DNA of 64,000 nt from Candidatus Omnitrophota bacterium (lineage in GTDB: Bacteria; Omnitrophota; Gorgyraeia; JAHJTE01), in assembly GCA_018830005.1 (NCBI GenBank), contig JAHJTE010000001.1:449332-513331 (forward strand), given 5' to 3'. Within the stretch, counting starts at the first letter, position 1; each line of letters starts with the position of its first letter. Below are positions 56,473-64,000 of the stretch, piece by piece. The translations under genes and the position numbers were made by a program. Below the pieces are notes generated by a model, which was given only the letters and a program-made list of their open reading frames with translations, was not told the DNA's origin and made no database searches.

Positions 56473-57087
56473 ATGAAATATCCTAAAATTAGAGAGTTGA
56501 TTGAGGCAATAAAGGCGCTTATTAAAGGACCTTATACGTCAAAATTTCCAAAACAGCCGCATCAACCACATCCGAATTTCAGAGGACAGCCGAAGTTTGA
56601 CGATAAAAAATGTGTTGGCTGTCTTGCCTGCGAAGAGGTCTGTCCGGTGGGAGCGATTGCTCATAGTGACGTAGATGCGACAGATGGTAAGCATAAGCGA
56701 ATTATAAGTCATTATACAGATACATGTATATTCTGTGGTCAGTGTGAGGCAGCTTGTATTGCTGATCATGAAGGTATAAAGTTATCCAATGATTGGGAGC
56801 TTTCATTCTTTGATAGGAGTAAGGCCGAAGAGAAAATAGAAAGAGAGTTGCAGGTTTGCGAAATCTGCGCTAAACCTATTGCCTGCAAAAAGCACCTGGC
56901 CTGGATTGCCGAAAGGATAGGAGAACTCAGTTTTTCAAGCCCCACACTTTATCTTACCCATCTTAAAAACCTTGGAATAGTTGATGAAAACATTACTTCT
57001 GTATTGAAAGACCAAGGACGTTCTGACCGAGTAAAAATTCTCTGTGCCGCCTGCAGGAGAGAAACTACCCTGACTACGAAAGAGTAA
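56473..57087 (+). CDS. 2x[4Fe-4S] ferredoxin subunit (NuoI/MbhN-like)
   Basis: CVGCLACEEVCPVGAI and CIFCGQCEAACIADH. Confidence 0.8.
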   Translation: MKYPKIRELIEAIKALIKGPYTSKFPKQPHQPHPNFRGQPKFDDKKCVGCLACEEVCPVGAIAHSDVDATDGKHKRIISHYTDTCIFCGQCEAACIADHEGIKLSNDWELSFFDRSKAEEKIERELQVCEICAKPIACKKHLAWIAERIGELSFSSPTLYLTHLKNLGIVDENITSVLKDQGRSDRVKILCAACRRETTLTTKE

Positions 57088-57138
57088 AAATAATAAATAG
57101 TTTAAAGGCAAAAAATCGCATAGCCTGAGGCATTATCT

Positions 57139-57594
57139 ATGCAAATGAAAGATATTTTCAAAGGAAAGGTTGTTGTTGTGGGTGTCGGTAATATCTTGCG
57201 TAGAGATGATGGCTTTGGTCCTGTTCTGATTGATAAGCTAAAAGCAAATACAAGTGTAGTATGTATTGATGCAGGTTCCTCTCTTGAAGGTTACGCTGGC
57301 AAAATTGCAAAAGAGAAGCCTGATACGATATTAATCGCTGACGCTGTGCATTTGGGGCTTGAACCAGGAAACTATGACATTTTGAAGTCATCTGAGATAG
57401 TAAAAGGTGGTTTAACTACGCATGATATTTCACCTAGAATGTTCCTTGACTATCTAAAAAAAGAAACAGGGGCAGATATATATATGCTGGGTATTCAACC
57501 AGAGGATGTTTCTTTTGGCGAGGGGTTATCTGAGAGCGTTAAAGGAGCCCTGGAAGAAATAGTGGGTTTAATAAGAGAGGCAGAACATGCATGA
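57139..57594 (+). CDS. hycI: hydrogenase maturation endopeptidase (HycI/HyaD family)
   Basis: VVVVGVGNILRRDDGFGPVLIDKL...ADAV. Confidence 0.85.
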   Translation: MQMKDIFKGKVVVVGVGNILRRDDGFGPVLIDKLKANTSVVCIDAGSSLEGYAGKIAKEKPDTILIADAVHLGLEPGNYDILKSSEIVKGGLTTHDISPRMFLDYLKKETGADIYMLGIQPEDVSFGEGLSESVKGALEEIVGLIREAEHA

Positions 57595-57829
57595 GTCACA
57601 TTTGATTGAGCCGATAATCAAAGGAATATCAGAGCACGCAAAAAAAGAAGGGGCCAAAAAAGTATCCAAGCTAATTCTAAAGATTGGAGAGCTGAATTGC
57701 CTAAATGAGGATTCGTTTAAGGCAACATTCTCTCTTCTGTCAAAAGGGACTATGCTTGATGGCGCTAAATTAGAGATTGTATTTTTCCCAGGCTCCAGGA
57801 TAGAGGTTGTATCCTTTGATGTGGAATAG
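57587..57829 (+). CDS. hypA: HypA-like protein lacking the C-terminal zinc finger
   Basis: The N-terminus MHESHLIEPIIKGISEHAKKEGAKKVSKLILKIGELNCLNEDS matches HypA. The ORF ends after 80 aa with no CxxC...CxxC. Confidence 0.6.
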   Translation: MHESHLIEPIIKGISEHAKKEGAKKVSKLILKIGELNCLNEDSFKATFSLLSKGTMLDGAKLEIVFFPGSRIEVVSFDVE

Positions 57830-57865
57830 AATTTTACCAATCTACATATAAGAGAAAGATAAACA

Positions 57866-59167
57866 ATGTGTTATGCAATTCCCGGAAAGGTAAAGGAAAT
57901 AGGCGAAAAATCAGTGCTGGTTGACTATTTTGGCGAGACAAGAAAAGCGATTAACGAATTTTACGATGTTCGTATAGGTGACTATGTCTGTGCCCAGGGA
58001 GGTTTTGTAATAAAAAAGGTTTCTCCTTCCGAGGCAGAGAGCACTCTCTCGGCCTGGCAGGAGCTTTTTTTCGAGCTTAAGCAAATAGATTTACGCCTTT
58101 CCAGATTAGATCTTAAAAATAAAGGGATAGATAAGAGACTTTCTTCAATACTGGATAATGCTTTAGAAAACAAAAGCCTGTCTTTAGAGGATTTACTGTA
58201 TCTATTCAATACAGAAAGCCGTTCTGGGATTGAACTGATTTATAAGACCGCTAATTTCCTTCGTCAAAAATACATTAAGAATTCCTGCTGTGTACATGGG
58301 ATAATTGAGATTTCAAATTATTGCACGCAGGGTTGCATGTATTGTGGTATATCGACTCATAACAAGGCTCTTGGCCGGTATAGAATGACTCATAAAGAAA
58401 TAGTTGATTCAGCCCTCCTGGCAATAGAGGAATTTGGATTTAAGGCCATCCTACTACAGAGCGGCGAAGATGCATTCTATACTGCTGATAGGCTTGCTGA
58501 TATAGTTGCGGAAATAAAGGCAAAGGCAGGCGTTCTTATCTGTATAAGTTTTGGCGAGATAGGTATTGATGGATTAGAAAAGCTTTATAAGGCTGGGGCA
58601 AGGGCAATCTTGATGCGTTTTGAGACTTCAAATCCAAAGATCTATGAAAGACTGCATCCTGGCAGGAGCTTGAATACGCGCTTAGACCACATTAAAAAGG
58701 CAGGGCAAATCGGTTATTTGATTATGACCGGTGGACTTATTGGATTGCCGGATCAGACCAGAGAAGATATTATAAACGATATATATCTGGCTAAGGAGTT
58801 ACAAGCTGAGATGTATTCCTTTGGTCCTTTTCTGCCGCATCCAGAGACGCCATTAGCTTCTAACTCTCCTCCTAATGAAGATGATGTATTGAAGGCCCTG
58901 GCATTAACTAGACTTATCGATCCAGAAAAGAGCAAGATCTTAGTAACTACTGCTTTCGAGACACTTTGTCCTGATGCCCGTAGGCATGGGCTTCTTGCAG
59001 GCGCAAATTCAGTAATGCTTAATGTAACCCCTATTAAATATAGAAAACAGTATTCAATTTATCCTAATAGGGCCTACGATAAAGAAGAAATAACGACTCA
59101 GATTAAAGAGACAATAGCACTTCTGCAATCTCTTGGCAGGGCCCCTACGGATTTAGGCGTGAATTAA
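57866..59167 (+). CDS. HypC (N-terminal 75 aa) fused to HydE-type radical SAM maturase
   Basis: MCYAIPGKVKEI...GDYVCAQGGFVI matches HypC, with the essential Cys2. The remainder carries CTQGCMYCG, YRMTHKEIVDSALLAIEEFGFKAILLQSGED, GLPDQTREDI, GPFLPHPETPLAS and GANSVMLNVTP, which match HydE. Confidence 0.85.
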   Translation: MCYAIPGKVKEIGEKSVLVDYFGETRKAINEFYDVRIGDYVCAQGGFVIKKVSPSEAESTLSAWQELFFELKQIDLRLSRLDLKNKGIDKRLSSILDNALENKSLSLEDLLYLFNTESRSGIELIYKTANFLRQKYIKNSCCVHGIIEISNYCTQGCMYCGISTHNKALGRYRMTHKEIVDSALLAIEEFGFKAILLQSGEDAFYTADRLADIVAEIKAKAGVLICISFGEIGIDGLEKLYKAGARAILMRFETSNPKIYERLHPGRSLNTRLDHIKKAGQIGYLIMTGGLIGLPDQTREDIINDIYLAKELQAEMYSFGPFLPHPETPLASNSPPNEDDVLKALALTRLIDPEKSKILVTTAFETLCPDARRHGLLAGANSVMLNVTPIKYRKQYSIYPNRAYDKEEITTQIKETIALLQSLGRAPTDLGVN

Positions 59168-59173
59168 TAGCAA

Positions 59174-59842
59174 TTGATAAAAACTATGAAAGTTAAAACA
59201 AAGTCAAAGGCCAGCTTTTCTCTTGAGACAATTAAACGTCTGAGTCTATACTTGAGAAATTTAAAGAGGGCCAAGGAGCGCAATGTTGATGTTATTTCCT
59301 CTGATAAGATAAGTCAGTTTCTTAATGTAACGCCTGTTCAGTTCAGAAAGGATTTGTCATACTTTGGAGGTTTTGGCAAAAGAGGCGTTGGCTATAACGT
59401 GGAAAAATTGATACTGGAGATCGAGAATATATTAGGAGTAAATAAGGAATGGAAGATTATTATGGTAGGTGTGGGAAGATTAGGAAGCGCCCTTTTAAGC
59501 TTTGAAGGCTTTTCTAAATTCAACATCAAAATAAGCTTTTGCTTTGATGTTGACGAAGAGAAAACGGGGAAAACAAAAAAGGGAGTAGAAATCCTGCATA
59601 TAAAAGATATGAAGAATATTATAAAAAATAATGATATTAAAATAGCAATAATTTCAACCCCGCCTGAGGCAGCGCAGGATGTCGCTGATGAGTTGGTGGA
59701 TGCAGGGATAAAAGGAATTTTAAATTTTGCACCCAGCATCCTTAAAGTCCCTGAATATGTCTCGGTCTCAAATGTTGATATGGCCTGTGAGTTGGAGAGT
59801 TTGATATTTTTTGCAAAGCGTAAACGCACCCTTAAGAGGTAA
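59174..59842 (+). CDS. rex: redox-sensing transcriptional repressor Rex
   Basis: IKRLSLYLRNL..., FSYFGGFGKRGVGYNV, Rossmann VGVGRLGSAL, and GIKGILNFAP. Confidence 0.85.
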   Translation: MIKTMKVKTKSKASFSLETIKRLSLYLRNLKRAKERNVDVISSDKISQFLNVTPVQFRKDLSYFGGFGKRGVGYNVEKLILEIENILGVNKEWKIIMVGVGRLGSALLSFEGFSKFNIKISFCFDVDEEKTGKTKKGVEILHIKDMKNIIKNNDIKIAIISTPPEAAQDVADELVDAGIKGILNFAPSILKVPEYVSVSNVDMACELESLIFFAKRKRTLKR

Positions 59843-59845
59843 TAG

Positions 59846-61345
59846 ATGCTCTTAGAGACAGTAAAAAAAGATTCCTGGATAGGCAATAGGATAAAAAAAG
59901 ACCAAATTGAAAAATATTTGAGTAAGGGTGAGAGTTTTATTAATGAAGGTTTAATAAATCAGGCATTGATTACTAATATTGAAGCCTCTCCTGCAAGAAT
60001 CAAGGATATCCTTAAGAAATCATTAGAGGTTAAAACCCTGACCCTTGATGAGGCCGCAGCCCTATTGAATGTTAAGGATAGCTCGTTATGGGAGGAGATG
60101 AGGCAGACTGCGGCTCAAGTTAAGAGAAAGGTTTACGATAACAGAATTGTTACCTTTGCGCCTTTATATCTTAGTAATCTCTGCGTAAATAATTGTCTTT
60201 ATTGTGCTTTTAGAGAAGACAATTCGATAATAAGAAGAAGATCGCTCAAGCTAGATGAGGTGCGCAGGGAAACAGAGGCATTGGCAGGAGAGATTGGACA
60301 TAAACGCTTAATAGTTGTTTATGGAGAACATCCAAAAACAGATATAGATTATATGGCTTCTACAATAGGAACAATTTACGGGGTCAAGGTAAAGACAAAG
60401 AATGGTTGCGGCCAAATACGCAGGGTTAATGTTAATGCCGCACCATTATCCATAGAAGATTTAGGGGTTTTACATGGATTGGGAATAGGAACCTATCAGG
60501 TGTTTCAGGAGACCTACCATTATGAAACTTACGAGAAGTTTCATCCCAAAGGGACGATAAAGGCAGATTATAAATGGAGATTGTATTGCATGCATCGGGC
60601 GCTTGAGGCAGGTATTGATGATATAGGTATCGGTGTCCTCTTTGGCTTATATAACTGGAAATTCGAAGTCTTAGCGCTCCTTTCTCATGCGCGCGAACTT
60701 GAGCAAAAATTCGCAGTAGGTCCTCATACTATTTCTTTCCCCCGAGTTGAAGCAGCTGCCAATACCCCATCTTTTACTAAGATATCGCCTTATAAGGTCA
60801 GCGATGAAGATTTCGAGAAATTGGTTACTGTAATAAGACTAGCTGTTCCTTATACAGGCATGATCCTTACTGCTCGGGAAAGTGCACAGATAAGAAAAAA
60901 GGTTCTTCCTTTAGGTTGTACCCAGACAGATGCCTCTACAAGGATAGGCATAGGCGCTTATAGCGATCGTGAGTCTAAACAAGAAGGGGCAAGACAGCAG
61001 TTTTTCTTGGGTGATACCAGAGATTTAGATGAGGTAACAAGGGAATTACTTCAGATGGGTTATATTACTTCTTTCTGTACTGCTGGTTATCGCTGTGGCA
61101 GGACTGGAAAATGTATTATGCAGCTTCTTAGAACAGGCAAGGAAGGGGAATTCTGTAAATTAAATGCAATACTTACGTTTAGAGAATGGCTCGATGATTT
61201 TGCAAGCCCTCAAACAAAACAACTAGGTGAGAAAATTCTTAAGAAAGAATTAGACGAGGTTAAGTCTAGGATGCCCTTAGATTATTCTAGGCTCATCCAA
61301 TATTACGAAAGGATTAAGCAGGGAGAGAGGGATCTCTATTTCTAA
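59846..61345 (+). CDS. hydG: HydG-type radical SAM enzyme (tyrosine lyase family, ThiH/HydG)
   Basis: CVNNCLYCAFR, GTYQVFQETYHYETYEKFHP, GIDDIGIGVLFGLYNWKFEVLALLSHA, and a C-terminal Cys-containing auxiliary domain (SFCTAGYRCGRTGKC). Confidence 0.85.
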   Translation: MLLETVKKDSWIGNRIKKDQIEKYLSKGESFINEGLINQALITNIEASPARIKDILKKSLEVKTLTLDEAAALLNVKDSSLWEEMRQTAAQVKRKVYDNRIVTFAPLYLSNLCVNNCLYCAFREDNSIIRRRSLKLDEVRRETEALAGEIGHKRLIVVYGEHPKTDIDYMASTIGTIYGVKVKTKNGCGQIRRVNVNAAPLSIEDLGVLHGLGIGTYQVFQETYHYETYEKFHPKGTIKADYKWRLYCMHRALEAGIDDIGIGVLFGLYNWKFEVLALLSHARELEQKFAVGPHTISFPRVEAAANTPSFTKISPYKVSDEDFEKLVTVIRLAVPYTGMILTARESAQIRKKVLPLGCTQTDASTRIGIGAYSDRESKQEGARQQFFLGDTRDLDEVTRELLQMGYITSFCTAGYRCGRTGKCIMQLLRTGKEGEFCKLNAILTFREWLDDFASPQTKQLGEKILKKELDEVKSRMPLDYSRLIQYYERIKQGERDLYF

Positions 61346-61487
61346 GCTTATTGATAATTTTCCCTAATGTCAAATTTATTGCTTTTATTTTTCTTTTATG
61401 ATAGGATTATTAACATCCTACCTTTGAACTGGGAATTATTTTTCCGTAAAATAAGACATAAAGTAATGAGTTAAAAGGAGCTATCAG

Positions 61488-64000
61488 GATGAAGAATTAT
61501 GTTTTTAAGTCGCTATTAGTCAGTATCTTAGTTTTAGGCTTTTTTCTTTCTCATGGCCCCTTGTTTACTAAACTTGCTTTTTGTAAAGACGCTCCCACTA
61601 GAGATATGCCAGAGTTACCTAAGGTATCTCCAGAGCCAACATCCCAACCACCTCATTTAAATAAACCAATAGACCCTAATTTTGATGCAGCTTACCTACT
61701 AGATTGGACTGATGCAGATTGTGCAGAGGCCTATAAGCTAGAAGAAGCAGATAACCCCCAGTTTAGCAACCCTGTTAGTTATAGCTCGAGCGCTTCTCAA
61801 TTCTTTGTTGACAAAGGAACCACAGGTACTTATTATTACCGCGTCAAAGCTGTTCTTCCTGCTTCAAAAGGCATAACTAAAGGAGAGAACTTTTTACAAA
61901 AGATCTTTTCCTGGCTGAAGCAGTATTTTTCTGCAAATCAAGCTTATGCTGGTACGACCTGCGATACGATTGCTACTACTGGCTGGAGTAATACAGAGAC
62001 TATAGACATTGTAGAGCCTATAAGCTTTATTGATGCTATAGTCTATACTGCAGATACTGAAATCCCTCTGCAAGATGCTGTAGTTACTTCACCAGACTTT
62101 CCTGGAAGTGCTACCTCTGATATAGATGGAAAATTCTCCTTTTCCTTCCAAACACTTTTCCCAGAATCAGGCAAACTTACCGTAACCATTGACATTACAA
62201 AAGGTGACTTTACCTCTGCTCAGAGAACAGTGGAAGTAGTAGCCAGCAGACATTCAGCTGTAGCCTCTATTTATCTCACACCCTTAGACCCAGTTGTAAC
62301 CACTATTCCTCCTGAAGGTGGAACGCATATTAATTCTACTGGAGAGATAGAGCTTATTTTCCCTGAAGGCGCAGTAGAAGAACCCACAGACATAAACACC
62401 ACCCAATACCAAAAAGGCAAGACCCTACCAGATGAGTTACCTGAAACCTCATTTTTTACCTATGCCCTTAATCTAGAAACAGAAACCACAATTACCAGGA
62501 GAAAGGTTACTACATTTCAACAGCCTGTAACCATGCGTGTGGCCAATACGTTAGGCTTCGCTCCTGGAACACCAGTTCCGGGAGGAGTCTATAATGAAGA
62601 AACGCACCAATGGGAAGATACAGGTCTTATGGGCTATGTCTCGACCGATGGAGCCTGGTTGGAATTTGAGATTACCAGCTTTTCATCCTGGGATTTGAAT
62701 TTGCCAGTGAGACGCAGGACTCGCACTAGACGGACAGTTGTGAGAAAAAATGCTGTAAAAGAAACTGTTAAGAAAGATGAAGAGGCAGAAGATCCTGGTG
62801 TAAGTGTCCGCTCCGGCGCTTTAAATATTGAGCATACTCTTCCTGCTATAAAAAGATTAGGTAAAGAGAGCTCATTAGTATTTAACTATAATTCAAATAC
62901 AGCCAGCCCTTCAGAATTTATTTCTATCGAAACAAATCTTGATACCGGGACTACAGATATACCTTATACTTCTACTTTTAGCGTAGATTTTGCTGGCAAG
63001 ATTGCCCAGGCAACATACCAAGGAGTAGAGGGGGATGTGCGGTATGCCTATTTGTTTGATGGTAAGACTCCTGCAGGTGAATATTTGTCCACTGGAAGCT
63101 ATCCTTACACAATAAAGATAAGCAATGATTACGCTGATTTAACTTATTGGACTACGGATAGTTTTGCTGGTGATCCAATAGCTGATACTGGGATACCAGC
63201 AATAGAGCCTGTTCCTATAACTTCTGATATAGACAGGAGACTAATTATAAACAATCAAAGAAATAGTCCTTTTGGTACTGGTTGGACTCTGAAGGGATTA
63301 GATAGGCTTTATCATGACCCTGATGGCGACATGCTTCTTATGAAAGGAGATGGTTCAAGTGCTGTATTTATGAACGCAGCCTTTATTTATGTGACTAACG
63401 AACTCTGGGATGTTTCAGTCATAAACGCAAAGACCAATTCCTTGATTGATGAAGTCTTACTCAATGAGGCTTCTTATGACATAGCTATTACACCTGATGG
63501 AACGCGTGCCTATCTAATTGCAGCAGAAGCTACTTCCGCGTATCTATCAGTTATAGATACCAGCATAAACGAAGTTATTGATAAGATCCTGATAGATATT
63601 CCTGGCGATCCATGGGGCAGTATTAGTATTACCCCGGATGGAAAATATGCTTATGTTTCAGGCTTTTCGCCTGGAATCATTATTTTTGACATCCAGAAGG
63701 GAAGCCCAACTTACCATACTGTAGTAGATACAATAACTACTCCAGATTATGTCCTTGACATGAAGTTTAATTCTAATGGCACTTTTTGTTATGCCACATG
63801 TCCGGATTCTGACCTTTTTATTGTTATTGATACAAACACAAAACAAGTTGTGGACGAGTTAGAATTGCCAATGTTTAGTGGTCCTTTTGGCCTTGCCTTG
63901 TCACCGTCTGAAAAAAGTGCTTATGTAGTTGAGAATTACGCAGGAACGGTTGATGTTATTGACATCGACCCTTTAAATCCCAGTTATTTAACTGTTTTGG
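61488..64000 (+). CDS. large secreted protein with C-terminal YVTN-type beta-propeller repeats (3'-truncated by the window end)
   Basis: Signal peptide (MKNYVFKSLLVSILVLGFFLS). The open frame runs to the window end. Repeats such as ITPDGTRAYLIAAEATSAYLSVIDTSINEVI and FIYVTNELWDVSVINAKTN are typical of YVTN propeller blades. Confidence 0.75.

Noticed and set aside
1-64000. Genome-wide alternative genetic code with TGA read as Gly or Trp, considered because of in-frame TGAs in the ferredoxin-like ORF and the helicase.
   Set aside because: TGA is used as a functional stop in several translationally coupled overlaps in the Mrp/hydrogenase operon. Examples: 53404 ATGA, 53736 GATGATG, 55238 ATGA. 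It also terminates many well-conserved proteins at their expected lengths.

Overview
This 64 kb window comes from a low-GC bacterial chromosome, probably an anaerobe. It uses the standard genetic code: TGA acts as a stop in several translationally coupled ATGA overlaps. Coding is almost entirely on the + strand. 

Three regions stand out.

(1) 1.4-7.4 kb and two later sites: a family of at least seven copies of a conserved roughly 150-300 bp intergenic module. Each carries a near-consensus sigma70 promoter (TTGATA-17-TATAAT) followed by a conserved about 45-nt leader with a pyrimidine/purine hairpin (...GAGAGGTTTCCCCTC-N8-11-TTTGAGAGGGACCCC). The copies sit downstream of gene terminators and upstream of mostly envelope-protein genes. 

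(2) 7.4-23.5 kb: a higher-GC accessory/defense island. It contains a kinase-cytidine deaminase fusion resembling anti-phage dCTP deaminases, flanked by 25-bp direct repeats. Next come a large serine recombinase with a DUF2924 partner. Then a restriction-modification module (Vsr, two C5 cytosine methyltransferases and an HNH endonuclease). Last is a two-gene candidate defense system: a 743-aa unknown protein coupled to a roughly 1600-aa SF2 helicase with a C-terminal DUF1998 zinc domain (Druantia DruH/DruE-like or DISARM DrmA-like), interrupted by one in-frame TGA. 

(3) 45.2-61.4 kb: a Rex-controlled operon for a group-4 membrane-bound [NiFe] hydrogenase with a full Mrp antiporter module. An AsrA/AsrB (sulfhydrogenase beta/gamma)-like NAD(P)H module precedes it. 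The maturation genes that follow are the interesting part: HycI, a zinc-finger-less HypA, a HypC-HydE fusion, rex, and HydG. So [FeFe]-type radical SAM maturases are embedded in, and fused to, [NiFe] maturation machinery. 

Other content: bactofilin, MscS, a B12-radical SAM protein, an LPS heptosyltransferase, REC-only response regulators, SemiSWEET, cyclophilin, an MFS transporter, a DsbD-like protein, IspH, polyprenyl synthase, TatA/TatC, and a 3'-truncated secreted YVTN beta-propeller protein. At the left end a ferredoxin-like ORF starts at a GTGA overlap and carries two in-frame TGA codons followed by a perfect palindrome. It is either a selenoprotein or a pseudogene.
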